Of a stretch of 64,000 nucleotides of DNA, positions 40,391 through 52,101 are shown piece after piece; position 1 is the stretch's first letter; every line of letters starts with the position of its first letter. Both the position numbers and the translations under genes were made by a program. Below the pieces are notes generated by a model. It did not search any database, was not told where the DNA came from, and saw only the letters and a program-made list of their open reading frames with translations. Source of the DNA: Cyanobacteriota bacterium (lineage in GTDB: Bacteria; Cyanobacteriota; Cyanobacteriia; Cyanobacteriales; Nostocaceae). The stretch is from contig JBJOKS010000016.1 of the NCBI GenBank assembly GCA_046045965.1, positions 1-64,000 on the forward strand, read 5' to 3'.

Positions 40391-41416
40391 AGTTTTGAGG
40401 ATTCCTTTACTTGGTGTTTATACAGGTGAGGAGCTAAAATATCCAGAAAAAAAATTCTTTATATTTCTTTTAAATACAAAGAAGTTTTGAATGTAAGAGT
40501 TTTTCCTCATCCATCAAATTTGCATTCCATTTCTCACTCCCCCCTATTTTTATTCCAAACCGATTTTTACTTTCTGGGTTTTGATCTTCCTGCGGTAGTT
40601 TTGGCATATCTAAGTCATACACTATTATTCAGTTTTTAAGATTCTATACAATAAAGTTTCTGTAAGAACTTGTCCAACCTTTTTAAAAGTTTTTACACCA
40701 ACTTTATCTAAACGTCAATAGCTGTTCAATTATTACAGACTCAGCGGTAATTTTACTTAAATAAAATTGCTGTAATTTTTCCTTTTATCAAAGCTAGATA
40801 ACATTTTAGGCAATTTAGGTGAAATTAATAAAGTAATCCTTTTTATCAGTAAATTTTGGAGGGTGTAAATCAGTAAATTTATGAACTCTAAAAATTTGGT
40901 TGTGGATAATCACATACACAGGGAACTAGCTTATTTTAGCCCGTAATTTTACAAAATAGTATTGCTAGTTTTAAATATTACTAGCTTTACTGAATTATCT
41001 CATCAACTTCAACAAAGTATCTGTTTGAGTTTTGGACTCTTGCTCACCTTGCTCACAATATTGCTTGACCAATTCTTTTTCCGCTTCAGTGGTTCAATAA
41101 GTAATTATTTTTTCAGGTATGACCACAATCAGATACCGCTATGATCTATGGGTTATGAGATACAAACACTGGACTGGGGACTGGGGAGATAAATCGAGTC
41201 AAAAGTCAAAAGTCAAAATTAAAGAACTTCTGCCTCCTGCCTATTGCCTTTTCCCACTGACAGATGACTAATGTAAAGAAATATGAAAAAGCTAAAACCC
41301 TCTAGGCTGGCTGGGAAAATAAAACTGCGCTCCAAGCTTGTAAGTTGAGACAATTAAGCTCAAGCAGAGCCGTTAAAATAATGGCAGTGTAATTAACCGA
41401 AATCTTACACCTTTTT

Positions 41417-41773
41417 ATGGATAACCCGATGCTGCTCAAGTCCACAACCCGTCATATTCGCATTTTTGCGGCAGAGATGGACAAGGATGAACTAGTTCCA
41501 AGCAATCATGTCTTAACGTTAGATGTTGATCCAGACAACGAATTTAACTGGAATGAAGACACGCTACAAAAAGTTTATCGCAAGTTTGATGAACTAGTAG
41601 AAGCTTCCAGTGGTGTAGACCTAACAGATTATAACTTGCGTCGGATTGGGTCAGACCTAGAGCATTTTCTGCGATCGCTCTTACAGAAAGGTGAAATTAG
41701 CTACAATCTCTCTAGCCGTGTTACTAACTACAGCATGGGACTACCCCAAGTTGCAGCCAACGCAAATCAATAA
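41417..41773 (+). CDS. ndhM: NDH-1 subunit M
   Basis: [40 protein letters not shown]. Confidence 0.96.
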   Translation: MDNPMLLKSTTRHIRIFAAEMDKDELVPSNHVLTLDVDPDNEFNWNEDTLQKVYRKFDELVEASSGVDLTDYNLRRIGSDLEHFLRSLLQKGEISYNLSSRVTNYSMGLPQVAANANQ

Positions 41774-42089
41774 GGTTGAGAGTTATGGTGGATGAGTTAG
41801 AGATTTATAACTCCAGTTATAGATTTATAACTCATAACTCACAAACAAATTAGGGACATGGCAAACCAGCCCCTCAAAGGTAGCTATGCTGGAAGGCATG
41901 GGAGAAAAAGCCAGGGTGCAGGGGAGCAGGGTGCTCGGGAGCAGGGTGCTGGGAGAAAAGTTCCCAATTCTCAATTCCTGGTCCCTGGTCCCTAATCCCC
42001 TATGATGTTAAGTACAAAAACACCAGCGGACTAAATTACCGCTGCTATGCTGTTGAATAAATTGCCAATCGCTGATCGGTGCGACAAAT

Positions 42090-44033
42090 ATGGAAAATGA
42101 CGCGGCAACATTTTACTGCCCAAATGAATATTGTCAAGCTGCCAACCCCTTAACCCACAAGTTTTGCCAGCGATGCTCCACACCCTTACCCAAGCGTTAC
42201 CTGTGGGCAGTGGGAGATAGTTTGAGCCTGGGCAGTCCTGGAGAAATTTTAGCCGATCGCTATTTAGTCATTGGTCAATCAATCATTCTTGATCTCAAAC
42301 CTGGTTTATTACCCCAAATACCTGAATTAGATAATTTAGATCAAATAAAAGCTTATCTAAAACTAATTCCCTACCGCTTACATATACCACAAGTATATGG
42401 GATACTATCTCTGAATCAGGGACAATCTCAACCACAAATATTACTCCTAGAAAAACCGCCCCTATTAGTTGATAGTACAGATACACAAGTTCATCTGTGC
42501 AGCCAGCTGACAGCAGCTTGGGGTGATGCTTCATCAATGCGACAAATGAATTGGCTGTGGCAGATAGCACATTTATGGCAGCCGCTTGCTACCGAAGGAG
42601 TAGCCTCTAGCTTATTAGACCCCTATTTAATCAGAGTAGAAGGGGGTTTAGTGCGGTTACTAGAATTGCGATTTGATTCCCAAACAGCAACAACATTGTC
42701 ACAATTAGGGGCATTTTGGCAACAACTCCTCAAAAATGCCAAGCCAGCCATAGCTGAATTCCTCAAGCAAATTATTGATGCTCTAATTGAGGGTGAAATC
42801 AACTCATCTGAGCAATTAATTACAGTTTTAGATCAAGGACTGGCAGGATTGGGGACAGCCTCATCTGGACGAAATTCACCCACCCAAAGTACCAGCATTA
42901 AAATTCTCACCCAAACAGATACAGGACCTTCTCGTCAACGTAACGAAGATGCTTGTTACCCACCTAGCGGCACTCTTGTGAGTAAACCGCCCCAACAAAC
43001 TGCCTTAGCCATAGTTTGTGATGGTATTGGTGGACACGAGGGAGGCAACATAGCATCAAATTTAGCGATTGAAACCATTCAGCAACAAGTCATCCAACTT
43101 ACGTCAGTTCCTTATGACAATATAGACCCCCTCATACTTCAGAGTGATTTAGAACAGGCAGTAGCACTTGTCAACGATAAAATTAGTCAGCGCAACGACA
43201 CTGAACATCGCCAAGGGCGGCAACGGATGGGAACCACTCTCGTCATGGCCTTGCCCATTGCCCACGAGATGTATATTACCCATATTGGTGATAGTCGTGC
43301 CTATTGGATTACGCGCCACGGTTGTTATCAAGTTACCCTAGATGATGATGTGGCTTCCCGTGAAGTGCGATTGGGCTATGCTATTTATCGGGAAGCATTA
43401 CAACATAGTGGTTCTGGCTCTTTAGTTCAAGCTTTAGGCATGAGCAAGAGCGCCTCATTGCATCCTACTTGCCAACGATTTATCATTGACGAAGATGCTG
43501 TTTTCTTGCTCACTTCCGATGGATTGAGTGATTTTGACCGAATAGAAGAGTGTTGGGAAACAGAGATATTACCAGTTCTGACTGGGGAGACAAATATAGA
43601 AACGGCTGTCTCCCGACTCATAGAAATCGCTAATACAAAAAATGGACATGATAATGTCACCATCGCTTTAGTACATGATCAAGTCAAATACTGTGAACCA
43701 GATATCATTCTCAAAGCAGAAATTCCTGCTATTTCCGCCAGTAAAACGGTAAATTTGACACCAGAAAGAACAAATGGAACAGCTTTAGGCACCTCCCACC
43801 AGCAAACTCAAGTAATTCCAGAAAACAAATCTGCTCGTACTTCCAGACTACCGCTACAGTTATTAATTCTTTTAGGTTTGCTTTTAGGAGCAGGTTCTCT
43901 GGGATTGTGGATCAAAAACCAGCGAGAACCACAATCTACAATTGCCGATCCGCCAATTCCATCTGTAGTAAGCCCACAACCTACGACAACCGCAACACCT
44001 ATACCAACAAACGAGGAGAAACCACAAAACTAA
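42090..44033 (+). CDS. prpJ: PP2C Ser/Thr phosphatase with N-terminal Cys ribbon, kinase-like remnant and C-terminal TM (PrpJ-like)
   Basis: CPNEYC..CQRC; RQRNED, CDGIGGH, MGTT, HIGDSR, SDGL, GHDN; TM near C-terminus; synteny after ndhM. Confidence 0.75.
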   Translation: MENDAATFYCPNEYCQAANPLTHKFCQRCSTPLPKRYLWAVGDSLSLGSPGEILADRYLVIGQSIILDLKPGLLPQIPELDNLDQIKAYLKLIPYRLHIPQVYGILSLNQGQSQPQILLLEKPPLLVDSTDTQVHLCSQLTAAWGDASSMRQMNWLWQIAHLWQPLATEGVASSLLDPYLIRVEGGLVRLLELRFDSQTATTLSQLGAFWQQLLKNAKPAIAEFLKQIIDALIEGEINSSEQLITVLDQGLAGLGTASSGRNSPTQSTSIKILTQTDTGPSRQRNEDACYPPSGTLVSKPPQQTALAIVCDGIGGHEGGNIASNLAIETIQQQVIQLTSVPYDNIDPLILQSDLEQAVALVNDKISQRNDTEHRQGRQRMGTTLVMALPIAHEMYITHIGDSRAYWITRHGCYQVTLDDDVASREVRLGYAIYREALQHSGSGSLVQALGMSKSASLHPTCQRFIIDEDAVFLLTSDGLSDFDRIEECWETEILPVLTGETNIETAVSRLIEIANTKNGHDNVTIALVHDQVKYCEPDIILKAEIPAISASKTVNLTPERTNGTALGTSHQQTQVIPENKSARTSRLPLQLLILLGLLLGAGSLGLWIKNQREPQSTIADPPIPSVVSPQPTTTATPIPTNEEKPQN

Positions 44034-44182
44034 TTGTCATTACCAGTGACGAAGAGCCAAGCGCCTGAGTGATTCTCATCACCATCATGGGATATGATAA
44101 TTCAGGTGAAGAACAAAATTAAGAATTAACTTCCTAGACAAAGTTTATTTGTTGGTTTTTAGAGTTTAGTTTCCACAAATCC

Positions 44183-45775
44183 ATGTCCTGCCTGAATGTG
44201 GCGATCGCTCGTCTAGTCAATACTGGCACTGATAACTTCGCCATTTGGGTGGTTAAAGCTCCCTATCCCAGTGGTTATGTTTTGCGTGACTGTGTTTTTT
44301 CTGCTGAACTTAGTCAAATTTGGCAAGAATGGCAGCAAATGTTTGCTGGTCATAGTCCCCTGGATATTGCTTCAATATCAACATTATCAGAGGCCAATAC
44401 ATTACCAATTGAGTTGATTTTATCCCAGGTAGGACAAACCACAAGTCCTTACAGTAGTCGGTTGATGCAATATCTGGGTATAAGTTTATGGCGTTGGGTA
44501 TTCGATGGGCAAATTCTGGGGAGTCTAGAACGTAGTCGCGGTATGGCTATGGGTCAGAATAAACGGTTGCGCTTTCGATTGGAAATTCGTGACCCTGATC
44601 TGATCGCTCTACCTTGGGAAATTATGCAGCGTGAACCCGGCCAATCAGCAATATCTCTTTCCCAAGATATTTTATTTAGTCGGACTATCAGTGAAGTTGA
44701 ACCCCTGCCAAATTTGCGAACAGACCCAGCTTTAAATGTCTTGTTGGTTTTGGGACATGATGAAAATCTAGAATTGGAAAAAGAAGCTGCTATTCTGGAA
44801 AAAATCTTGTCAGAATTTAACCCATCTGGGAAAAATTCTGTATCAGCCTGTATGGTGAAGACACTCTTGCAACCTACTCCACAACAGTTAATTCAAGAGT
44901 TAGAAACCAAAACCTACAACGTCTTTTTTTACGCTGGTCATGGCCTGCCAGATCCTGATGGTGGTTTATTATTTTTGAAACCTAATTTGACCCTCAATGG
45001 CATAGAATTAGCCCAAGTATTAACCCGCACAGGTGTAAAATTAGGGGTGTTTAATGCCTGTTGGGGAGCGCAACCAGCAGCCATTAATCAACAGGCTATA
45101 CCCGCTAGTAGTTTAGCAGAAGTCCTCATCCGTCATGGTGTACCTGCGGTATTAGCAATGCGGGATGAAATTGCAGACCAGGAAAGTCACAGTTTTATTC
45201 AAGCTTTTGCCGAAGCATTGCGATCGCGTAAACCAATTGATGAAGCAGTGGCAGCCGCTAGGCAAGAACTGTTAACAATATATAAGTTCAATCAACCAGC
45301 TTGGACATTACCAGTTCTCTATCTGCATCCTGATTTTAATGGGGACTTGATTAAAAGTGTTGATGAAGGAATTACTGAACTACCAGATACTGCCATTTCT
45401 GGGATAACTGTCCCAATATCCACAGCTTTTTTGCGATCGCTTTCACTAGGAGGTAAAACTTGGTTATTGCGTTCTGGTGTCACCCGTATTGGTCGCACGA
45501 AAGATAATGATATTGTTATCCCCGAACTCTATGTTTCTAAACGCCATGCTGAAATCCTCTGCCGAAGTATTTTCAACGGTTCTAAATCAGTTGTTACTTA
45601 TTACCTGCAAGATTTCTCCACCTACGGTACAACTTGGTGTCTAGGTCCAAATGGTTGGCAACAAATTCTCCGCGAGGAAGTAGCTCTATCATCAGGAATG
45701 AAATTAAAGTTTGGCAGTGCTAAAGGTGAAACATGGGAGTTCGTGATTGAAGATATCGTCACAGGTGAGAGATGA
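44183..45775 (+). CDS. CHAT (caspase-like) peptidase fused to C-terminal FHA domain
   Basis: LPWE, FYAGHG (His), FNACW (Cys); IGR, VSKRHA, DFSTYGT FHA motifs. Confidence 0.88.
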   Translation: MSCLNVAIARLVNTGTDNFAIWVVKAPYPSGYVLRDCVFSAELSQIWQEWQQMFAGHSPLDIASISTLSEANTLPIELILSQVGQTTSPYSSRLMQYLGISLWRWVFDGQILGSLERSRGMAMGQNKRLRFRLEIRDPDLIALPWEIMQREPGQSAISLSQDILFSRTISEVEPLPNLRTDPALNVLLVLGHDENLELEKEAAILEKILSEFNPSGKNSVSACMVKTLLQPTPQQLIQELETKTYNVFFYAGHGLPDPDGGLLFLKPNLTLNGIELAQVLTRTGVKLGVFNACWGAQPAAINQQAIPASSLAEVLIRHGVPAVLAMRDEIADQESHSFIQAFAEALRSRKPIDEAVAAARQELLTIYKFNQPAWTLPVLYLHPDFNGDLIKSVDEGITELPDTAISGITVPISTAFLRSLSLGGKTWLLRSGVTRIGRTKDNDIVIPELYVSKRHAEILCRSIFNGSKSVVTYYLQDFSTYGTTWCLGPNGWQQILREEVALSSGMKLKFGSAKGETWEFVIEDIVTGER

Positions 45776-46000
45776 CTGAGGACTGGGGACTCTTTACTGG
45801 GGACTCTTAAGAAAGCAGGGGAAGCAGGGGGAGAATATTAACTTTTGCCTTTTGCCTTTTGCCTTTTGCTTTTTGCCTATTACCAATTACCAGTTACCTG
45901 ACAACTGACTAATGAATTATTTTTTGCGGAAATTTAAATCTTCCAGCTGTAGCTGTCAACAAGGTTAATTAATTAATGCTAATTAATTGTGAGGTGAAAC

Positions 46001-46642
46001 ATGATTAATAAAACCAATGGTTTAGATACTTGCCACTTCTTACCATCGAACGTCGATTTAGACTTATTAGAAGCACTACTAAAACCTGAAGATGGGACTT
46101 ATCCGTGGAATATGGCTGATGAGGAATCAGAAGCTTATTTTAATCAATTAGAGCAGCAGTTTGAATGTGAGGATTTATTAGCAGAAGACCTGACTAGGCG
46201 ATCGCAAGATTTCTATAGTCATCTTGATGGCATTTGGTCTCAGGTTTACCATTCTAAGACTGATCGCGATGAACAGCCACCTAAAAGTATATACGCTGCT
46301 GTACACAGTGCTTTTGCTGCTTCTGTTCCCTCAAATTGGTTAAATACTATAGCTCAAAAAGTATCAGAAAGTATCAATAATTTAGAACAATCTACAAGTG
46401 AGAAACTCGTAGAATGTGTTCAAGCTTTGCTGCCAAATTGGCAAACAGAAGACTTGCTCGTTTTAGCTCGTCCTTTTACCTACTCCATGAGAAGTAACGA
46501 ACAACAAAGCTTGGCAGTTATCATCAGCAATATTGAAAATCGAGAGTGGACAAGTTTATCAGAAATAGAACAAGCAAAAATCAGTTTAGCGATCGCTCAT
46601 TATGCCTTCAAAGAATTCTCTAGCGTAAAAGAAGAATCTTAG
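46001..46642 (+). CDS. Conserved hypothetical helical protein
   Basis: GAGGT RBS; YPWN, DLLVLARPF, W..LSEIEQAK; third gene of prpJ cluster. Confidence 0.8.
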   Translation: MINKTNGLDTCHFLPSNVDLDLLEALLKPEDGTYPWNMADEESEAYFNQLEQQFECEDLLAEDLTRRSQDFYSHLDGIWSQVYHSKTDRDEQPPKSIYAAVHSAFAASVPSNWLNTIAQKVSESINNLEQSTSEKLVECVQALLPNWQTEDLLVLARPFTYSMRSNEQQSLAVIISNIENREWTSLSEIEQAKISLAIAHYAFKEFSSVKEES

Positions 46643-46911
46643 ATTTTTCCCCTCATGAATGGGAGGGTATTAAATGGAAGCAGTAATTATTGTCGATGGC
46701 GGCGCAGTTATTCTGTGTCTCAAAATGTTTCGCTGAATTTTCATTTTTTACTAATATTTGTTTCAGCATAAATTACATATAGACTGATGACAATAATTGC
46801 GCCATCTATCCGTAGACATAGAAAAGTGATGAAGGAGGCAAGAGGCAAAAGACAAGAGACAAAATAATAAATTTCTTCCCAGTCGCCAGTCGCCAGTTGC
46901 CAATAACTGTT

Positions 46912-48279
46912 TTATTTGGGTTCGAGAAAGCGAGTAGCGAAATTTTGCGATCGCGTTGGTGATAATACCCGTGCTTTGAGAATTGCGGCCATCAAAAAAG
47001 CGTAAGATAAAACACCCACAACCACTAACAGGAGGGCATTAATAGAACCCGTAGCATTCCATAGAGCATGAAGAGCGGAGGCGCTCAAATAACCAACGGA
47101 GAGAATTTGCCAACCCATCAAAGGCTTGAGGACAGCCAACCCGATAAAATAGCCCAAATAGCCGCTATAAGCCATGTGTCCAGCGACAGAACCTAAAATG
47201 CGGGGAATGAGTAGCTGTAAACCCACCAGTTGACCAGCGCCCACCCCTGATTGTTGGGTGACATTTTGTGTAATTACAGGCACATATTGACCAAGAGTTT
47301 CCAACAAAGTGAAACCCACAGCAGAAGCAGTTCCCAGGAGAATACCATCTAGTGGTTCCCAAACTCCTATCCGTTCCCGCCAAGGAGTTGGTAATGATTT
47401 GCCGATAAAATAAGCAGCTAATACTGGTAATGCCTTGAGTAACTCTTCCATCAACCCAGCGCCAAAAAACATTCGCACCAGTAATTCGGTAAAGGTAATC
47501 GAATCTTGAGATGAGGGTAGACTACCAGGTAAAATTTCTCGAAATACAAAGATAAAAAAATTTAATAAAGGACTGAGCAAAATTAGCATTGTACTCAATG
47601 CCATAGCGATGAGTACCCACCAAGGCTTCTGTTTACCACAAAGTTGGTAAACAAAGTAGTAAGCAGCGGCGGCGATATAAGACCCGACAATGACTTGATT
47701 TGCTTGGGGATAGCCTACAGTACCGAACATTAAAACTACGAAGATAACTGTTAAGATACCCGGTACAAGGTAAGCTTTGCGAGTTAAATCTTTACCAGTG
47801 GAAATAATGGGAAATAGCTGTGTGAAACTAACCGAGTCATGCTGTGATTGCTTTTGCCCGTTTTTGGCAGAGGCTATGACTGTGCCTTGGTTAGCGGTCA
47901 TTGTGGGTTGAGGTATGAATTCGTACTCAAAAATGAATTGGGGTCCATCAGCACCCAAGGAAATGCGATCGCCCTGGTGCAATTCCTGAGCACCTCGCAA
48001 AAGTTGACCATTTAAAAAAGTGCCATTGGCACTGTTTAAATCGCTAATCACCCAGCTGAACCTGCTGTCTGGTGATACCGAAAGGGGACGAACGACTGCA
48101 TGACGACGAGACACCATCCTGTACATCATGGCATCCAAGACAACTTGGCAGCTGGGGTCGCGTCCAATGACCATCTCTTGATTGGGAAGCAGCGAGTAGC
48201 GAGATTCTGACCCAGAAGCTTCAACTTTACTAGACACTAGCCGCACAAATGCTTTATGTCTTGCGTTTTTGCCTGTCAT
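46912..48279 (-). CDS. FHA domain fused to PrsW-family intramembrane glutamic protease
   Basis: IGRDP, VSRRHA, SANGTFLN; EELLK, GFTLLE, HMAY, HALWN. Confidence 0.9.
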   Translation of the reverse strand: MTGKNARHKAFVRLVSSKVEASGSESRYSLLPNQEMVIGRDPSCQVVLDAMMYRMVSRRHAVVRPLSVSPDSRFSWVISDLNSANGTFLNGQLLRGAQELHQGDRISLGADGPQFIFEYEFIPQPTMTANQGTVIASAKNGQKQSQHDSVSFTQLFPIISTGKDLTRKAYLVPGILTVIFVVLMFGTVGYPQANQVIVGSYIAAAAYYFVYQLCGKQKPWWVLIAMALSTMLILLSPLLNFFIFVFREILPGSLPSSQDSITFTELLVRMFFGAGLMEELLKALPVLAAYFIGKSLPTPWRERIGVWEPLDGILLGTASAVGFTLLETLGQYVPVITQNVTQQSGVGAGQLVGLQLLIPRILGSVAGHMAYSGYLGYFIGLAVLKPLMGWQILSVGYLSASALHALWNATGSINALLLVVVGVLSYAFLMAAILKARVLSPTRSQNFATRFLEPK

Positions 48280-48506
48280 CGAGTTAGTGAGTATGTCTGA
48301 ACAAATTCTATGGCTTACGCCAAACTAAACTATCAAATATTTGGGTAGTAGACTGAACCTTGGCCTCATAAACAGCCGCACCATTGATAAATACACTATA
48401 GCTTCACTAACCGTCGTTTTGCTCCACTCCAAAATACAAAATGCCCAATTCACCACCAATCTCGTCAGAAATATCAACTCATGGTAGTTTTACCACTAGC
48501 CACTAA

Positions 48507-48962
48507 CTAAATCAGATTAAATTCTGTCATGGCGGTGGCAAAATTTTTGTTTTCATGTCCGGGACGACTAAGTTTCAGCAGAGCAAAACGTTGTAATGGA
48601 GTTAACCTTACCCACTGTTGTAACGTGATAGTGACACCTATTTCTTGTGCTTTTTCCTGAAGGCTGGGTGGTACAGTTGTAGAATCCATCCAAGAGGGAT
48701 GAGCTTCAATGAGTAATTTAGTAGCTGGTTTTCCTGTGCGTTCTAAAATTAATTTTTCTAGGTACTCTTGGTAAGATTGAATTTCTGTTTCTTTTGAACA
48801 AGGTAATTCCACTAAATTAGCACGTTCCAATTTAGTCATCTGATGCCAATCAGACAATTTTAATTTAATACCACAAGTGTCTAACTTATAACGGACTTGC
48901 ATTGGTATACAACGGAGAGAATCAACAAAATCTGCTTCAAATTCAAAAAATTCGGCTGTCAT
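48507..48962 (-). CDS. narM: Nitrate reductase associated protein
   Basis: FEFEADFVDSLRCIPM.VRYKLD.CG.KLKL, LQRFALLKL.RPGHEN. Confidence 0.9.
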   Translation of the reverse strand: MTAEFFEFEADFVDSLRCIPMQVRYKLDTCGIKLKLSDWHQMTKLERANLVELPCSKETEIQSYQEYLEKLILERTGKPATKLLIEAHPSWMDSTTVPPSLQEKAQEIGVTITLQQWVRLTPLQRFALLKLSRPGHENKNFATAMTEFNLI

Positions 48963-49069
48963 GCGATTTTAGATTTTAGATTTTGGATTGGGGATGAATT
49001 GACACCACTGATAAATCTGGTTGCTATTTCAGCTTTGAAAGCTGATAGCTGAAGGCTAAATGCTAACAG

Positions 49070-49528
49070 CTAATGTTTATCATTAGACCGACTAGAACGA
49101 ATTATTAAATAACTAATTGAAAGAGCAAGTATAGCAATTCCTAAACCAATAACATCAATTCCTGTGACTTTTTCTAAATCTAGAATAATAATTTTTCGAG
49201 CGACGGCGATTAAAGAGGTAACAATTACTAATTCTACTTGAAAAACGTGTTTTTGTAGATAAGCCGTGATATTTTCTAAAATTTCTAAAGCAATGAGAAC
49301 ATTTAAAAATAAACCAAATACTTTAAATAAAATGGTATTGAATTTACCATAAGGTGCATCGAATAATTCTTTAAATAGAAAAATACTCAAATCTGCGATC
49401 GCCACAAAAATTACCAGCACCATCAAAATAGAGAGAATCTTAGAAACCACCACTACAATATTTTCAATGAAGTGCATGAAACTATCATCGCTGGTCAAAG
49501 CTTTTATTTGCTTAAAAAATCTCTTCAT
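49070..49528 (-). CDS. PsiE-family membrane protein
   Basis: LIALEILENI, LIAVARKIIILD. Confidence 0.85.
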   Translation of the reverse strand: MKRFFKQIKALTSDDSFMHFIENIVVVVSKILSILMVLVIFVAIADLSIFLFKELFDAPYGKFNTILFKVFGLFLNVLIALEILENITAYLQKHVFQVELVIVTSLIAVARKIIILDLEKVTGIDVIGLGIAILALSISYLIIRSSRSNDKH

Positions 49529-49748
49529 TGTAGTAGTGTCCTATGCTGCAATAAATCTTCAAAAATAAACCCTCATTGAGACAATTGCTATTCGGATCAT
49601 CAGACTTCATCTGTATTACTTAACATAAGTCACGTAACAACAGACACTAAAGCACTTGTTTCTCCAAGTTAAGAATCAAAAAAAATAATCGTAACTATAG
49701 ATTATTGACTCTATTAGCAATTCACTCTTGAGGAATTTACTTAGAAGC

Positions 49749-51938
49749 TTACCATTGTGAAGACTGAAGTTGATAATTTTTAGTTGTAATTTCTACAGAA
49801 ATTGGAACTAGCTGCACAGCACAAGCTTTTAATTCAGGTTGTAAAGAATCAGGACATGATTTTGAATGAGTTAGCGCGTTAGCTTCAGCATCATTAGCCC
49901 ATAGTTTACCCCAGTGCATGGGGACAAAGACAGTACCGGGGGATATAGCTTTGGTGATTTTAGCAGGAAACCTGGATGCACCACGACGCGATCGCACTTC
50001 TACCACCTGACCATCAACAATACCTAACTTTTCTGCATCACGGGGATGAATTTCTATAAACGGTTCAGGGTGCATTTGTTTAATTTTATCAATTCTTCCT
50101 GTACGGGTTTGTGTATGCCAATGTCCATATAATCTACCAGTAGTTAATACAAAAGGATATTCAGGATCAGGTGGTTCAGCTAAACCTTTAGAATAATATG
50201 CACCAAACTTAGCGCGACCATCTGAAGTATTAAACTGTAAATTTGTATATAAACGTTTATTTTCTGGTTTATTTTCTGAATTACTACCAATAGGAAAAGG
50301 CCAATGAGTGGGACCATTTATTGATAGAAACTCATGACTTAAACCCGACATATCACAAGGACGATTATAAGTTAATTGTACAAATTCCTGATAAACTTCG
50401 GCGGAATTATTAAAAGCAAACTTATCATTAAATCCTAATCTTTTTCCTACTTCTGCGAAAATTTCCCAGTCTGGTTTTGCTTCCTTTGGTGGTGCTTGAA
50501 AAGCTGAACATAGCGTTACCCTTCTTTCAGAATTAGTCATAATACCAGTTTTTTCACCCCATTGGGCAGCAGGTAATAAAAGGTGAGCATAAGCAGAAGT
50601 TTCTGTAGGATAATAAGCATCTTGATAAATAGTAAAAGGCGATTTTAATAAAGCTTTTTTAGTCCTTTCTAAATCTGGCATACTCACAGCCGGATTAGTT
50701 GCTGCTATCCATAATAAATTAACATTACCAAATTCTAAACCAGTAATCATATCCCAAGCGGTTAAACCAGGAATGGGGGAAATTTTACCCCTTTCTAAAC
50801 CCCAAAAATCCTCAACTTCTGCACGATGTTCTGCATTTTTAATTAACCGATATCCTGGTAATAAATGGGCTAAACCTCCTGCTTCTCTACCTCCCATCGC
50901 ATTAGGTTGACCTGTTAAAGAAAAAGGACCAGCACCGGGTTTACCTACTTGTCCCGTCATTAAATGTAAATTAATAATAGTTCTGACTTTCGCTGTACCT
51001 TCTGTTGATTGATTTACTCCCATTGACCATAAAGAAAGTACGGATTTTGCCTGACTCCAATATTTAGCGGCGGTTTCTAAATCTTCAATAGAAATACCAC
51101 ATTGACTGGCTACAATATCAGGTGAATAATGGCGAATTACTTCTATATAATCTGAAAAATTGCTAGTATATTGATCAATAAAAGCTGTGTCTAAATAGTT
51201 CCATTTCATGAATAAATGGGCAATTCCATTTAATAAATCAATGTCTGTTCCAGGACGAATTGCTAAATGTAAATCTGCTGCTTCGGCGGTGGGAGTGCGA
51301 CGCGGATCAACAACTACCATTTTTACATGATGGTTTTTTTTGTGATATTTGGCTAGTCTGTTAAATATTATGGGGTGACATTCTGCGGTATTTGTTCCTA
51401 TTAAAAACGCACAGTCTGTTAGTTCTAAATCATCATAACAACAAGGAGGACCATCAGAGCCAAAACTTTGTATATACCCAGATACCGCACTAGACATACA
51501 AAGACGGGAATTAGCATCAAAGTTATTAGTTCCTAAACAACCTTTAAGTAATTTTTGGGCGATATAATAATCTTCTGTTTGAAATTGTCCAGAACCATAC
51601 ATACATATTGATTCTGCACTGTGATTATTAATTGTTTGTTGTATTTTTTGGGTGATTATGTTAAAGGCTTCGTCCCAGGTGATGGGTTGAAAATCTTGGT
51701 TTAATGATTTTCTAAACATGGGATAATGTAGTCTGTTTTTGTGTAGTGCTTCGGTGACTGTTGCACCTTTTACACATACCATTCCTTGGCTTGATGGATG
51801 GTTTTTATCTCCTCTAACTTTCCAGGTTGGTGTTTCTTGGGTGTTTGGATCTGTGTTTTTTTTATGTTGTGCTGGTGGGATGATTTCTAAACCACAACCT
51901 ACTCCGCAATAGGGGCAAAGTGTTTTTATTGATTCCAT
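49749..51938 (-). CDS. narB: Ferredoxin-nitrate reductase
   Basis: [27 protein letters not shown], molybdopterin-binding C-terminus. Confidence 0.97.
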   Translation of the reverse strand: MESIKTLCPYCGVGCGLEIIPPAQHKKNTDPNTQETPTWKVRGDKNHPSSQGMVCVKGATVTEALHKNRLHYPMFRKSLNQDFQPITWDEAFNIITQKIQQTINNHSAESICMYGSGQFQTEDYYIAQKLLKGCLGTNNFDANSRLCMSSAVSGYIQSFGSDGPPCCYDDLELTDCAFLIGTNTAECHPIIFNRLAKYHKKNHHVKMVVVDPRRTPTAEAADLHLAIRPGTDIDLLNGIAHLFMKWNYLDTAFIDQYTSNFSDYIEVIRHYSPDIVASQCGISIEDLETAAKYWSQAKSVLSLWSMGVNQSTEGTAKVRTIINLHLMTGQVGKPGAGPFSLTGQPNAMGGREAGGLAHLLPGYRLIKNAEHRAEVEDFWGLERGKISPIPGLTAWDMITGLEFGNVNLLWIAATNPAVSMPDLERTKKALLKSPFTIYQDAYYPTETSAYAHLLLPAAQWGEKTGIMTNSERRVTLCSAFQAPPKEAKPDWEIFAEVGKRLGFNDKFAFNNSAEVYQEFVQLTYNRPCDMSGLSHEFLSINGPTHWPFPIGSNSENKPENKRLYTNLQFNTSDGRAKFGAYYSKGLAEPPDPEYPFVLTTGRLYGHWHTQTRTGRIDKIKQMHPEPFIEIHPRDAEKLGIVDGQVVEVRSRRGASRFPAKITKAISPGTVFVPMHWGKLWANDAEANALTHSKSCPDSLQPELKACAVQLVPISVEITTKNYQLQSSQW

Positions 51939-52101
51939 TGTATTTTAGGTTTTATATTTTTGGTTTTGTATAGATGATTTTTTTATGAGTAACGAACCAC
52001 AGAGGCACGGAGGACACGAAGGTAAGAGGGGTTTTGGGTTTTTATTTTTATTTATTCTTTTATTTTTTGTGTCTTTGTGCCTTTGTTTGAGTTATTTAAT
52101 T

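Noticed and set aside
40962..41144. 60-aa ORF in long intergenic region (also 4280-4465)
   Set aside because: No RBS, no motif, low-complexity AT-rich sequence.
46680..46806. Scattered inverted matches (AATTATTGTC/GACAATAATT, GATGGCG/CGCCATC) suggesting a structured RNA
   Set aside because: The two pairings are not nested consistently and no promoter or known RNA motif is evident.
49634..49647. GTA-N8-CAC NtcA-like site between narB and the psiE-like gene (similar one near 60498)
   Set aside because: Imperfect, and no correctly spaced -10 box at the 49634 site.
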